The translations under genes and the position numbers were made by a program. This document shows positions 1 through 10,214 of a stretch of DNA of 64,000 nucleotides, one piece after another. How positions within the stretch are numbered: position 1 is the stretch's first letter; the number at the start of each line of letters is the position of its first letter. The stretch comes from Trueperaceae bacterium (GTDB lineage Bacteria > Deinococcota > Deinococci > Deinococcales > Trueperaceae). A model generated the notes under the pieces. The model saw only the letters and a program-made list of their open reading frames with translations, was not told where the DNA came from and made no database searches. The DNA is taken from positions 800,001-864,000 of the forward strand of contig OZ243927.1 in NCBI GenBank assembly GCA_965213925.1. Reading direction: 5' to 3'.

Positions 1-331
1 CTCGTCATCCTCACCCGCCAGACGCTCGAACTGCTTGAGGATATGACCGTCGGGAAATGCGGTATTCACTTCCTCGATAATGTCGCGCAGACTCCAGGTC
101 ACCACACTCTTCTCTCCAGCTCCATCATGAAAGATAGAGCCTGGGAATGAAGGTAAGATTCGTCACAAACATGCCGAGGCTCGAGCCCTGCTGCTTGGAC
201 GCTGCTCGATCGGGCGTCAGGTGACTGCGCACCGCCCAAGCCAGCCTGCTCGAGCGTTGACGCTGTTTTTAAGACTTTTATCCACCTTGAGGAAATAAAG
301 GATGACGAGCCATCAGGTCTATACTTGCGTC

Positions 332-712
332 AATATGGCTCATTCGATTGCCGCAGTCATAGTCCACACAGCCGACGTCGAGCGTGGGCTCACCTGGTAC
401 CAGCAGGCATTCCCCACGGCCGGGCGGGTGCTCGCGCCCGGCACGGACTTCGAGTGCCTGCACCTTGGCGAGCTGCAGCTCGAGCTGGTGTTAGCGGACG
501 ACAAGGTGGCTTCGGGGCCGGCGGGCGCGGTCGTCTACTGGCGCGTCGCTGACCTCGACGAAACGTTGACCCACTTAACCTCGCTGGGGGCGACGTTGTA
601 CCGGGGTCCCCTACGGCTGCCAGGCGGGTTGGGCATGTGCCAGGTCAGAGGGGGCAACCTTCTCGGTTTGCGGGGGGTGTACACCGGGGCTGAGGCTCGG
701 GAAACCGCATGA
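332..712 (+). CDS. VOC/glyoxalase family protein
   Basis: ORF MAHSIAAVIVHTADVERGLTWY...VVYWRVADLD...GATLYRGP fits the glyoxalase/bleomycin-resistance fold; start chosen at ATG 332. Confidence 0.8.
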   Translation, partial: NMAHSIAAVIVHTADVERGLTWYQQAFPTAGRVLAPGTDFECLHLGELQLELVLADDKVASGPAGAVVYWRVADLDETLTHLTSLGATLYRGPLRLPGGLGMCQVRGGNLLGLRGVYTGAEARETA

Positions 713-887
713 CCCCTTTGCTATGCTCAGACGGGCTCGGGTGAAGTGTTTCTTGCGGATGGCGGCTGCTAAGCGACGCTAAAGAAAGGCTCGTGGTGAG
801 GAGCATCTCGAGCGACAGGCTCTGCACAATGTTCAGTTAGCCAAAAGGCTTCTCTCAAATGGCCGAGCCAATTCTTAGGAGGAAATC

Positions 888-1409
888 ATGCTGGACGCCA
901 GAGGACAACTAACCCCTAACGCTTTAGAAGGCTACGCGCGGTCCACCGGGTACGCCTTGGCTTGCCTCGAAAAAGAACGCGAGCGCACTCATGAAACCGT
1001 CGCCGACCTGTCTACCGAAGATTTGGACGCTCACGCAGAAGGCTTCCCGAACAGCATCGGCAGCTTGCTCTACCACATCGTCCTTATCGAGCTCGACTGG
1101 CTCTACTGCGAAATTTTGGAGCGAGATATTCCTGAAGACTACCGGTCTCTTTTCCCCGTCGACGCGAGAGACGAAAACGGTAACTTAGCGGTCATGACGG
1201 GCGTCGGGCCCTCCGAACACCTGCACAAGCTGGCTTCGGTCCGAAACGACGTACTCGAGAAGCTCAAAGGAATGAACGAGGACGAGTTTTACCGGCTGAG
1301 GCGTTTGGAGAGCTACGACGTGAACCCCGCTCGGGTTTTGTATCACTTGCTCGAGCACGAAGCCAAGCATGGTGAGCAGATGGCGCACATACGCCGCATC
1401 ATCAAATAG
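888..1409 (+). CDS. DinB family protein
   Basis: NSIGSLLYHIVLIELDW and YHLLEHEAKHGEQM His motifs; AGGAGG RBS upstream. Confidence 0.85.
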   Translation: MLDARGQLTPNALEGYARSTGYALACLEKERERTHETVADLSTEDLDAHAEGFPNSIGSLLYHIVLIELDWLYCEILERDIPEDYRSLFPVDARDENGNLAVMTGVGPSEHLHKLASVRNDVLEKLKGMNEDEFYRLRRLESYDVNPARVLYHLLEHEAKHGEQMAHIRRIIK

Positions 1410-1498
1410 GGTTGTGACTTGAGGCGCTTCGGTTTCTAAGTGCTCGCACAAATTTAAGTTAAACCAAAAGAGCATCGTTAAAGCTGCGTAATACCGTA

Positions 1499-1597
1499 CA
1501 GCATTTCCACACTTCGCTGCACCAACTGATTGCGTCTGTTTCTTCTCGCATCCGCTCGCACGTTTCTTTGCTACAGCAAAGAAACGTGGAAATGCTA
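1499..1597 (+). repeat. Dispersed hairpin element E1 (terminal IR CAGCATTTCCA...TGGAAATGCTA)
   Basis: Homologous to 55031-55131 and to the reverse complement of 19439-19578; shares CGCATCCGCTC followed by a perfect stem-loop. Confidence 0.8.
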
Positions 1598-1671
1598 GTA
1601 GAATCAGCAGTTCGAACGCTCTAGGATAGTTAAAACTAATTAGGTACGGGTACTTATGACGCTGGTTTTTA

Positions 1672-1775
1672 TCGGTTCGTCCGGTTAACCTCTCATCACT
1701 CTCGCAGTTGTTTAATCTCGCCAGTAGCGCAAAAAACGTAAAAGATGATCTGCAACAGATTAGCGGATGAACCAT
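1672..1775. mobile_element. IS630-derived MITE (104 bp)
   Basis: Ends TCGGTTCGTCC...GGATGAACCAT, TA on both flanks, ends match the IS630 at 46283-47544. Confidence 0.75.
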
Positions 1776-1777
1776 TA

Positions 1778-1803
1778 TGCAACAGACGCGCGCGTCCGTC
1801 GCA
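1778..1803. repeat. REP-like palindrome
   Basis: TGCAACAGACGCGCGCGTCCGTCGCA, directly after the MITE TA. Confidence 0.75.
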
Positions 1804-2000
1804 CAGCGGCTCCCATACCCCTCAGTACGAGTAAGCACTCTTCATCTTACTTAGCTCAACTATCTTGAAAGTGTGTCTTCCAATTCCACAGTTTTACAAG
1901 ACCCTCTCATCTTTAGGTTGCAGTTCACACCTTCTTATCAACCTCACCACGTGATAGATCGCACAGCCTGTAGGATTACTTACTCCTTAAGATAGGTAGC

Positions 2001-2876
2001 GTGACATTTACTACTCCTACTCACTCCTTCGCTGTCGCCTCTAGCGTTTCTCTCCCAAATTTGTTGAGTCGCATCTGCGTCCGCCCTCCTTACTTCGCGC
2101 TAAGCGACTTTAGACTCGAGGGGCGCTACTTGCGCGCGTCAGCCATTGCGGAAGCACCTCCTTTTTTGGAGCGAGCCCCGATGACATCCGCCGAGCTAGG
2201 CCGCCACGCCGCTATCGCCGGTTCGTGCCACGCCGCCCTCTCCCAAACAGACGACAAGCGGCGTTTTTACCTCGCCAATCATGCGACCTGCCACTACACT
2301 GCGAATAGCGTTCCTTACGGTACACCTGTGGAGTTCACCACCGAGGTCTCGTCGTTGACGCGCCGGGCGCTGCAGGTACGGGCTTGGGCGCTGGCTGCCG
2401 GGCGTCCTCTCGCGGAGTTCACCCTTTCTTACACCGTTCTAACAGAGCCTACCTTTTACCGACTCTTCCAGCAGCATCACCTACCGACTCACGAACAGAC
2501 CAACCCATACCGGAATCTTCTACAAACCTCCTATAAGCGTGGACCTGGCTGGGCCGAGCAGGAGATACCGAGCCTCCCCACTGAGGCGTGCGCGGGTCAC
2601 TTTGAGTCGTATCCGGCTTTACCCGTGGCGGTGCTGATGGGGCAACTTTCATACCTTGCTGGACAGGTCGTAGCGGACGAGCCGACACCCTTTCGAGTGG
2701 TTAAAGGGATAGTGGAAGCTGATACCCTTTTGTGGGCGCGAGAGCCTATCCGCTTCCGAGCCGATCGCGTCGAAGTAAACGGCGCGTTGCAGCATTACCG
2801 GTGCGCGGCATTCTCCCGCGACAAGCAGGTGGCTGGGATGGACCTATGGCTCGAGCTAGTTGACGAGCGCGTGTAG
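2001..2876 (+). CDS. Double hot-dog fold protein (AfsA/FabZ-like), function unknown
   Basis: C-terminal half has CAGHFESYPALPVAVLM (FabA/Z-like GHFP..P..P); N-terminal half has AELGRHAA (AfsA-like helix). Confidence 0.55.
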   Translation: MTFTTPTHSFAVASSVSLPNLLSRICVRPPYFALSDFRLEGRYLRASAIAEAPPFLERAPMTSAELGRHAAIAGSCHAALSQTDDKRRFYLANHATCHYTANSVPYGTPVEFTTEVSSLTRRALQVRAWALAAGRPLAEFTLSYTVLTEPTFYRLFQQHHLPTHEQTNPYRNLLQTSYKRGPGWAEQEIPSLPTEACAGHFESYPALPVAVLMGQLSYLAGQVVADEPTPFRVVKGIVEADTLLWAREPIRFRADRVEVNGALQHYRCAAFSRDKQVAGMDLWLELVDERV

Positions 2877-4817
2877 CAGTTTAACGGGCTCGGCTTGGGG
2901 TCGAAAAAGGTGTGCGAGCGCCTCGGCAGGGAGCGGCTTAGCGAAGAAGTACCCCTGACCTACATGGCAGCCGAGGTGTCGGAGGAGGTCGCGCTGCTCT
3001 TCGGTCTCAATACCCTCGGCAACGACCTGCAGGTCGAGGTGAACCGCGAGGCTCATGATGGCTTCGATAAGAGCCAGCGCGAACTGCGGGCCGACACGCG
3101 CTGCGCAGAGGTCTTTAACGAATGAGCGGTCGATCTTCACCGTATCGATGGGAAGGTCTTTGAGGTAGGCTAACGATGAATAGCCGGTGCCGAAGTCGTC
3201 GATCGCTAGGCTGACGCCCAGACGTTGGAGCTTGTCGAGTGTTGTAGCCACGCACCGTACACCTTGCATAACCGCGCTCTCGGTCAGCTCCAGCTCGAGA
3301 AAACCGGCCGGGAGCTGGTGCCGCTCCAGCGCCTCCACCACAGTAGTGTAGAAGTCAGGCTGAGCGAACTGAAGCGGTGACACGTTGACACTAACTCTAA
3401 AGTCAGCGAAGCCCTGCTGCGACCACACCTTAGCCTGGTGACACGCCTCGTCGAGTACCCAGCTGCCTATCTCGATGATAGCGCCGCTGCGCTCAGCACT
3501 AGGGATGAAGTCGGCTGGGGACACCCGCCCGAGTTGAGGGTGGTGCCAGCGGAGAAGGGCTTCGAGTTTGATTAGCCGACCGGAGGTCAGGTCATAGAGA
3601 GGCTGGTACTCTAAGTGAAGCTGGCGTTTCTGCACTGCCGACCGAAGATATCGCTCGATCTCACGCTGCTTCTCGAACTGCCCGTCTAAGTCGCCGAAGA
3701 ACTGGGCGACCCCGGCCTTGCCTAAGCGCTTCACCCGGTACATCGCACTGTCAGCATGTCGCAGCAGGGTAGCGCCATCTTGTCCGTGATCGGGAAATAA
3801 GCTCACGCCGATGCTGGCGGTGACATTCAGGTGCTGCCCACCGCAGTAGAATGGCTCGGCTAGCGTGCCTAGAAGTTTATGGGCGATTTGCTCAGCATGT
3901 TGGCGCTCACCGCTATATTCGACGATGCAGACGAACTCATCGCCGCTGATCCGAACGAGCAGGTCGCCGCGTCTCACTTCTCCTCGGAGCCTCTCGGCAA
4001 CTTGCTTGAGCAACTCATCTCCGGCTTCGTGACCTAACGTATCGTTGATGAGTTTGAATCCGTCGAGGTCGATGAAGAGCACAGCGGCTCTCATGCTATC
4101 GCGGCGCACACAAATGTCCTCGAGCCGTTCTTGTAACGTTTGCCTGTTGGGTAGTCCGGTCAGCGCATCCGTTCGCGCGAGCAGCTCAGCTGCCTCTACC
4201 CGAGTGTAGGCGCGGGTATAGTCCTCTTTGAAGTTGATGAAAGCTATGGTGAGCGCCAGCAACACAGAGTTCGCCAGGTTCATCTGCATGAGTGCGTAGA
4301 GGATACCCCACCAAGCCGTAGTCACGTATGCGCCGCTGAGCAGATGTGCCCCAGTATAGGCAGTGCACAGTGCAAGTACGGAAGTGGTAAAGATGACGGC
4401 TACCCGCCGCCCCAACTGCTGTCCGGGTAAGATAAATGAAAGCAGGTAAACGACGGGTACCCAATAAAACGTCTCGGTGAGCTGAGCTTGGAGATCGACA
4501 GACCCATTGAGAAAAAAAAGAAGCGCGGCAAGTTTCACGAGAAAGAAAAGGCTTGCGCCCGAGATAATACTGAGCACCACAAAGTGTAGAGAACGTTTGA
4601 GAAAAGCCAATACCCCTTCCAGCACGATTAGGACTCCCGCCATGAGAGCGTACCCCACGATATCGAGAGCCGTCGCCTGGTTGCTCGGATGCTCTAACAC
4701 CAAGCCGATGAGGAAAGCCGCCGCTCCGAACGGGATGGCAATGAGAAGCGCTTTGCGCCACCTCTGTTGGTACAGTCTGTCGCCTGGCGTGTAATCGTGC
4801 AGTGCCTGAAACATCAC
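2856..4817 (-). CDS. Membrane-bound diguanylate cyclase/phosphodiesterase (GGDEF-EAL)
   Basis: About 6 N-terminal TM helices, DALTGLPNR, SGDEF, EALLRW, DDFGTGYSSL. Confidence 0.95.
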   Translation of the reverse strand: MMFQALHDYTPGDRLYQQRWRKALLIAIPFGAAAFLIGLVLEHPSNQATALDIVGYALMAGVLIVLEGVLAFLKRSLHFVVLSIISGASLFFLVKLAALLFFLNGSVDLQAQLTETFYWVPVVYLLSFILPGQQLGRRVAVIFTTSVLALCTAYTGAHLLSGAYVTTAWWGILYALMQMNLANSVLLALTIAFINFKEDYTRAYTRVEAAELLARTDALTGLPNRQTLQERLEDICVRRDSMRAAVLFIDLDGFKLINDTLGHEAGDELLKQVAERLRGEVRRGDLLVRISGDEFVCIVEYSGERQHAEQIAHKLLGTLAEPFYCGGQHLNVTASIGVSLFPDHGQDGATLLRHADSAMYRVKRLGKAGVAQFFGDLDGQFEKQREIERYLRSAVQKRQLHLEYQPLYDLTSGRLIKLEALLRWHHPQLGRVSPADFIPSAERSGAIIEIGSWVLDEACHQAKVWSQQGFADFRVSVNVSPLQFAQPDFYTTVVEALERHQLPAGFLELELTESAVMQGVRCVATTLDKLQRLGVSLAIDDFGTGYSSLAYLKDLPIDTVKIDRSFVKDLCAARVGPQFALALIEAIMSLAVHLDLQVVAEGIETEEQRDLLRHLGCHVGQGYFFAKPLPAEALAHLFRPQAEPVKLLHALVN

Positions 4818-5042
4818 AGAGTTACTATAGAGAACCGCTTCTTACAGAAGTCTTACTCGAGCTCTGTGCAATGAGCTGAAGAGAACTTACGCCAAAAGCC
4901 GACGCGCATATGGTTGTTGTTATTTGGTGAATGTTTAGGGGTTGGCAGCAGCCACTTAACAGTACCCATTCGGTGCATAGCCGCCGCAAGCTTTAACGTA
5001 AAAAGCGCTGCCTTATCTCTCCCGATTTTTCAAAACGGCTGC

Positions 5043-5071
5043 GCGACGAACGCGCGCGTTTCACGCAGAAG
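5043..5071. repeat. REP-like palindrome
   Basis: GCGACGAACGCGCGCGTTTCACGCAGAAG. Confidence 0.65.
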
Positions 5072-5101
5072 CTGTAAGCCGCGCCGTCCCGCGTGAACGC
5101 C

Positions 5102-6259
5102 CTACAAAGGTTCTAAACCCAGCGCCAGGCGTCCGCTCAGGCGCTGCTGCTGCTTCTCGGGCAGCGGGTGGAACTGCGCGCCGTGCACGTCGCGCAAGAG
5201 GCGCTCCAGGCCCAGGTCGCGGTAGTAGCCCCGGCCGCCGACCGCCTCGAGCGCCTTCTCGACTGTAGACACGCAGGCTCTAGCCGCGACCGTCTTGCGG
5301 ACGAGCGCCTTGCTCGCGTTCTCGGTGGTCGGCTCGAAGTCGTAGTCGTTGGTCGTGACGATCATGTCCCCTAGCGCCAGCTGCGCCGTGACGAGGAGGG
5401 TCTCCATCTCGCCGAGGAGGTAGGGGAGGTCGGGATCGCCCTGTCGCTTGCGCGCTTCGCGTTTAGCTATCTCGGCGGCGGCCTCGGCTGTCCCCACATA
5501 GGCCGACATGATGAGCGGCAGCGCGACACTCAGGATCACGTTCCAGACCCTGTGCCATTCCCCTGCGGGGCGCTTAAGCACGATGGCGTCGTCGGGAACG
5601 AAGACATCGTCGAGAATGACCGTATGCGAGCCCGTGCCGCGCATCCCCAGCACGCGCCAGTCTTCGCGGACGGTGACGCCCTCGGCTTTTAGAGAAACCG
5701 GGAAGTGCAGCACGCTGACGCCGTCCTCCGGGTCGTCATGGGGGGCGCTCGTTACCAGCACGTCTCCGGCTTGACAGCCGCTCGCGAACGCTTTGGTTGC
5801 GCTTACGCGGTAGCCCCCTTCGGTCCTCGTCACCTCGCCGTTCGAGGCGAGCCAGTCCCTGGCTCCGGTACTCACGAGCACGAGTTCTTGTTCAGCGACC
5901 CGCCTGAGCGTCCTCTCGCCCGGCTGCCCGCGTCGATACTTCCACACGTTAGCCGCGACCAGATGTTGGTGCATGGACAGCGCGAGCGCGGTCGAGGGGC
6001 AGTAACGCGCGAGGTTGCGCAACGCGGCGCACAGTTCGGCGTGCGACGCGCCGCCGCCCCCGAGTTCTTTGGGAACACCCGCCGAGAAGAATCTGTGCGC
6101 TTTCAGCTCGGCGTAGTTGTCTGCAACGAAGGTGTCGTTCTTGTCGTGGACGTCGGCCCTGGCTGCGAAGGTTGGCCCAAGCTCATGGACGGCGGCGAGC
6201 CAGTCGTATCGAGCTCCGTCGCTCCGGGCTCGTGGGGACTCGGTCACGGATGTATTCAT
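5102..6259 (-). CDS. Acyl-CoA dehydrogenase family protein
   Basis: GVPKELGGGG, LGMRGTGSH, GGRGYY..LERLLRD motifs. Confidence 0.9.
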   Translation of the reverse strand: MNTSVTESPRARSDGARYDWLAAVHELGPTFAARADVHDKNDTFVADNYAELKAHRFFSAGVPKELGGGGASHAELCAALRNLARYCPSTALALSMHQHLVAANVWKYRRGQPGERTLRRVAEQELVLVSTGARDWLASNGEVTRTEGGYRVSATKAFASGCQAGDVLVTSAPHDDPEDGVSVLHFPVSLKAEGVTVREDWRVLGMRGTGSHTVILDDVFVPDDAIVLKRPAGEWHRVWNVILSVALPLIMSAYVGTAEAAAEIAKREARKRQGDPDLPYLLGEMETLLVTAQLALGDMIVTTNDYDFEPTTENASKALVRKTVAARACVSTVEKALEAVGGRGYYRDLGLERLLRDVHGAQFHPLPEKQQQRLSGRLALGLEPL

Positions 6260-6376
6260 GGTGCCTCCTCAGTGGCTAAAGGGTGAGCGGGCGGACGCGC
6301 TCATGGGTCGCGTGTCGCGGTCGCCCTCGTGTCGGGCTGTCACTGAGCACTCTAGCGAAGCTTGACCTGTACGCCT

Positions 6377-6393
6377 AGTTCAGCAATAGAACT
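6377..6393. promoter_or_regulatory. Putative HxlR-type operator
   Basis: Inverted repeat AGTTC-N7-GAACT between divergent ACAD and HxlR genes. Confidence 0.45.
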
Positions 6394-6441
6394 GGTCATT
6401 TGCGAAGCGGAACATTATAGTGCGTAGAAAGAGGTGAAACC

Positions 6442-7146
6442 ATGACCAAATACGGCCAGTTCTGCCCGGTCACACGGGCGCTAGAGCTGCTCGGCGAGCG
6501 CTGGACGCTGCTGATCCTCCGCGATCTCCTACACGACGTGCATCACTTCAACGAGTTGTCGCGGGGGTTACCGCGGCTGTCGCGGGGCCTTTTAGCCAAG
6601 CGGCTGCGTCAGCTGGAGGAGGCGGGGCTGCTCGAACGCGAGGGCGACGGCAACCAGACCGAGTACCACCTGACGGAGGCGGGCGAGGCGACGCGCCCTA
6701 TCGTCCACGCCTTACTGATCTGGGGCGCTGAGCACGCGCTCGAGCAGCCTATGCCCGACGAGCTCGACCCGGTGCTGCTGATGTGGTGGCTGCGGCGGCG
6801 CGTCCGCGCGGAAGCCCTGCCGCCGGAGCGCACCGTGGTACAGTTCGACTTTCGGGGCGACCCGAGGAGCTACTGGCTTATCCTAGATCAACGTGACGTA
6901 TCGGTGTGCTTTGACCCGCCTGACTTCGCGGTAGACGTGTGGGTCGAAGCTGACCTGTCAGCCTTTTACCAGGTGTGGCTCGGGCAGGTTCCGTTTGAAA
7001 TAGCCTCAGAAAAAGGGCTTGTCGAGGTGTGGGCGCTACCCGCTTTGGAGCGCGCGTTCCCCAGTTGGTTCGCCTGGAGCCCGGCAGCAGAGGCGGTGCG
7101 GGCCGTGACGCACGCTGGCTCGTCCTACCCGGCGGGGGTCGGCTAG
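6442..7146 (+). CDS. HxlR-family winged-helix regulator with SCP2-like C-terminus
   Basis: YGQFCPVTRALELLGERWTLLILRDL; C-terminal LDPVLLMWW...VQFDF. Confidence 0.9.
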   Translation: MTKYGQFCPVTRALELLGERWTLLILRDLLHDVHHFNELSRGLPRLSRGLLAKRLRQLEEAGLLEREGDGNQTEYHLTEAGEATRPIVHALLIWGAEHALEQPMPDELDPVLLMWWLRRRVRAEALPPERTVVQFDFRGDPRSYWLILDQRDVSVCFDPPDFAVDVWVEADLSAFYQVWLGQVPFEIASEKGLVEVWALPALERAFPSWFAWSPAAEAVRAVTHAGSSYPAGVG

Positions 7147-7188
7147 GCTACGTAATGGATTGGCGGAGCTGTAACTCTAACCTTGTTA

Positions 7189-7400
7189 TTGGTTCGTCTC
7201 GAAAGTCCGTTGCGAAGTGTGCTCGGTGCTTTTCGCGTTTCTGAAACAATCGAATGGTTATGAAAGTGACGAGAGATTTAGCGGATGAACCATTATTGGG
7301 TCATCCAGTTAATCCTTCACCACTCTCGCAACTGCTTAATCTCGCTAGCGACGAAAAAAGCGCGTCAGATGATTTGCAACGAACTTGCTGGATGAACCAT
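7189..7400. mobile_element. Two tandem IS630-derived MITEs (7189-7293 and 7296-7400) sharing a TA
   Basis: Each 105 bp with TTGG(T/G)TC(G/A)TC...GGATGAACCAT ends; junction AACCAT-TA-TTGG; second copy aligns with 1672-1775. Confidence 0.8.
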
Positions 7401-7583
7401 CATGGGAGTTGCGCGCGCGTTTGTTGCAGAAAGCCTCAGATGTCTCCCGCAGCGTGACCGGGGTTGTTCAACGGCTCCCGAGCCAGGGGCGTTGGAAGCC
7501 TCTCGCACTGGGCGCGCAATAATCGTAGAGAGATTAAGATGTCAAAGGAGCACGTCCGTGCTTAGCGGCCCTGAGGAGTTCTG

Positions 7584-8165
7584 TTGATGCTTAACCCTGA
7601 ACGCAACCCCGTTCCCGCCACCTTGGTGACCCCTGGTTTCCGACTGCACCGTCAGCGACCGGGCGACAACTTGAAAGACTACGGCGCTATCATAGCGTCC
7701 AAGGCGCTGCTACACGTCTGGAGCGACAGCCCCTGGCCTGAGGACGACTTCAGCCTTCAGAACGCTGAGGACCTTGCCGGACATATCGAAGACTTCGAGC
7801 GCGACTTGGCCTACGGCTTCAGCATCTTCACCTTGGGCGAGCGTCAACTGCTCGCGCTCTACTTCGACCCCGTCGCGCCCTTTTTGGACGACTACGCCGT
7901 TGACGAGGCAACAGCCGCCCGACTGTCCCAGTTCGACGTTCGGCTCGAGCACTGGCTCAGGCGCGGTACGAAGCGCGATTTTGAGGAAGATTTTGTGCAG
8001 GAGGTATTGGCTTGGCTAGAGAACGCCTGGTGGTTCCGCCGTCCCGTTTTCGGGTCGCGCCGTGCGATGAGGGCTCGCCGGGCGCTTTATGAAGCGCTAG
8101 GGTTAAGGGAAGTCGCCGTCCTTGACCACAGAGATGAGCCGCGGCGCTTTCACTTCCACGCCTAG
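7584..8165 (+). CDS. Hypothetical protein, possibly GNAT-like
   Basis: 193 aa ORF with GAGGAG RBS; WP..DFS..N.EDL..H...F pattern. Confidence 0.45.
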   Translation: MMLNPERNPVPATLVTPGFRLHRQRPGDNLKDYGAIIASKALLHVWSDSPWPEDDFSLQNAEDLAGHIEDFERDLAYGFSIFTLGERQLLALYFDPVAPFLDDYAVDEATAARLSQFDVRLEHWLRRGTKRDFEEDFVQEVLAWLENAWWFRRPVFGSRRAMRARRALYEALGLREVAVLDHRDEPRRFHFHA

Positions 8166-8282
8166 CCGGGCGCGTCATTCTGTAGGAGGAAAGCCCGAAG
8201 GAGAGCGTCTGCCGGACAGTGCACCACTCGACCCCCCTTATGTAGGCAGCGGTTCTTGGTCTTTTCGCGCTTGACCTTGTTG

Positions 8283-8308
8283 TGCGACAGATGCGCGCGT
8301 TAGTTACA
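8283..8308. repeat. REP-like palindrome (degenerate)
   Basis: TGCGACAGATGCGCGCGTTAGTTACA. Confidence 0.5.
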
Positions 8309-8353
8309 GTAAACCGGCTTACGCATAAGAATTTTGAATACGTCCCTGTAGCT

Positions 8354-10174
8354 CTATAGAGCCTTCGGCTCATAATCTGGCGACTGATGGCGAAAATACG
8401 TATTGTAAAGCTCTGCGTAGTGGCCGCCTTGCGCCAAAAGCCCCTCGTGCGTTCCCTCTTCGATCACGTCACCCTTTCGCAAGACGAGGATGCGGTCGGC
8501 AGTACGAATCGTCGAGAGGCGATGCGCGATGACGATAGCGGTGCGCTCGCGTAGAACAAGCTCCAACCCCTCTTGAATCTGCGCCTCGGTGAGTGGGTCC
8601 ACGCTGGCAGTGGCCTCGTCTAAGATCAAGATGCGCGGGTCTTGGAGCAGCACTCGCGCCAAGACCACGAGTTGCCTCTGTCCCATCGAAATGCCACGTC
8701 CCCCCTCACCCACGTCGGTGTCCAAGCTTTGCGGCAGTGCCGCCAACCAGTCGCCCCCGCCGATGCGCTCGGCTACCGCGATGACGGCCTCGTCACTCGC
8801 CGAGGGGACACCGTAGCGGATGTTGTCACGCACCGTGCCACCGAACAGAAAGGGTGTTTGCTGAACAATTCCCAAGCAGCGGCGGTAGCTCGGGAGGTCG
8901 AAGCTGCGAATGTCGCGCCCACCGATAAGGAGCTGTCCACCTTGAAACTCATAAAAGCGTGCCACGAGTTTGCCGAGGCTCGACTTACCCGCGCCGGTAT
9001 GACCCACGAGCGCTACCGTTTCGCCCGCCCGAATGGTCATGTCGAAGTTCTGCAACACCTGCTCCTGAACAGTATAGCGAAAGTCCACCCCGCGAAATTC
9101 GATGTGTCCAGCGAGGTTAGTTACTTTGACCGCGCCTGTCTGCTTCACTCTCGGTTCTGCGTCTACCAGGGCAAAAACGCGCTCGCTCGCCGCGAGCCCT
9201 TGCTGGAACTGGCTCCAGAACGAGGCGATGCTCGTTAAAGGAAACCAGAAGAGCGCTACCGCCTCGACGAATAAAAACCACTGACCCGGCGTGACTGCGC
9301 CCGCTAAGACGCTCTGCCCACCGAAGTAGACAATTAGCGCCGTGCCGACCCCAGCAATCGTCCCAAGGATCGGGAAGATAGCGCTGAAGACCAAGCCCTG
9401 CCTCAAGGAGAGCGCGTACGACTGCGCGTTGACGCGGCTGAATTCGTCGTAGATGGTGCGCTCGCGCCGAAACGCCTTCGCCACCGAGATGCCCGTGACC
9501 GACTCCTGCACGTTCGCATTGACCTCCGCAACGACTCGCCGTGCTTGCTGCGTGGTTGAGCGGGCGACGTGGCGAAAGGCGAGCGCCGCCGCGACGATGA
9601 AAGGCGCGATAATGAGCGCGATCAGTGCGAGGCGCACGTTGATGTAAAAGAGGACGCCGACGATGATTACCACTTGCAAAAGTTGACTCATCAGGTTAAG
9701 CGTAAGCGTTACGACCGTAGCGAAGTCCTGGGTGTCCGAGGTGACGCGGCTCACCACGCGCCCGGTGGAGAATTCGTCGTAGAAGGACATGTCGCGCTCT
9801 AAAATGGCGTCGAAGGCATCCTTGCGCAAGTTCAGCACCACATTGCCGACGGCTTTGGCGGTGTACCACTGCCGCAAAAAGTTGAAAGTCCAGGCGAATA
9901 CGCCCGCCAGCAAGACCGCCACGAGCAGCCAGCCCGTCTGCCGCCATAGCCCTGTACCGAGGCTAGTGGGGTCCGTCCCGAGCGCGTCCAGGCTTCTCGC
10001 TAAGAGAACGGGCAACAGTGCGCCCATGAGCGCATCTAAAAAGATCATCGCTGAGACGAAGACCATCAGCCCGGTGTAGGGTCTGAAGTAACGGAGGATG
10101 CGGCGCAGCAGTTGTGCGTCCGAGTACTCGCGGTCGTACGCCTCCGCTGCAACGCCGTCCATCAAAAATCCCAT
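8354..10174 (-). CDS. ABC exporter ATP-binding/permease subunit (consensus site)
   Basis: TM domain, GHTGAGKS, ISMGQRQ, LILDEAT, AHRLST. Confidence 0.95.
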   Translation of the reverse strand: MGFLMDGVAAEAYDREYSDAQLLRRILRYFRPYTGLMVFVSAMIFLDALMGALLPVLLARSLDALGTDPTSLGTGLWRQTGWLLVAVLLAGVFAWTFNFLRQWYTAKAVGNVVLNLRKDAFDAILERDMSFYDEFSTGRVVSRVTSDTQDFATVVTLTLNLMSQLLQVVIIVGVLFYINVRLALIALIIAPFIVAAALAFRHVARSTTQQARRVVAEVNANVQESVTGISVAKAFRRERTIYDEFSRVNAQSYALSLRQGLVFSAIFPILGTIAGVGTALIVYFGGQSVLAGAVTPGQWFLFVEAVALFWFPLTSIASFWSQFQQGLAASERVFALVDAEPRVKQTGAVKVTNLAGHIEFRGVDFRYTVQEQVLQNFDMTIRAGETVALVGHTGAGKSSLGKLVARFYEFQGGQLLIGGRDIRSFDLPSYRRCLGIVQQTPFLFGGTVRDNIRYGVPSASDEAVIAVAERIGGGDWLAALPQSLDTDVGEGGRGISMGQRQLVVLARVLLQDPRILILDEATASVDPLTEAQIQEGLELVLRERTAIVIAHRLSTIRTADRILVLRKGDVIEEGTHEGLLAQGGHYAELYNTYFRHQSPDYEPKAL

Positions 10175-10214
10175 CAGGTGACCTCCCTAATCATCGTGGT
10201 CCAGCCACCGCGCC

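Noticed and set aside
1..300. Possible partial minus-strand gene at the window start
   Set aside because: Short open stretch without a clear start or recognisable motif
1185..1838. 217-aa minus-strand ORF and the many ORFs antisense to called genes
   Set aside because: They span repeats or shadow real genes in GC-rich DNA and show no protein motifs
7187..7402. CRISPR-like repeat-spacer pattern (AACCATTATTGG junctions)
   Set aside because: Units are 105 bp with inverted ends matching IS630, only 2 in tandem, and no cas genes; these are stacked MITEs
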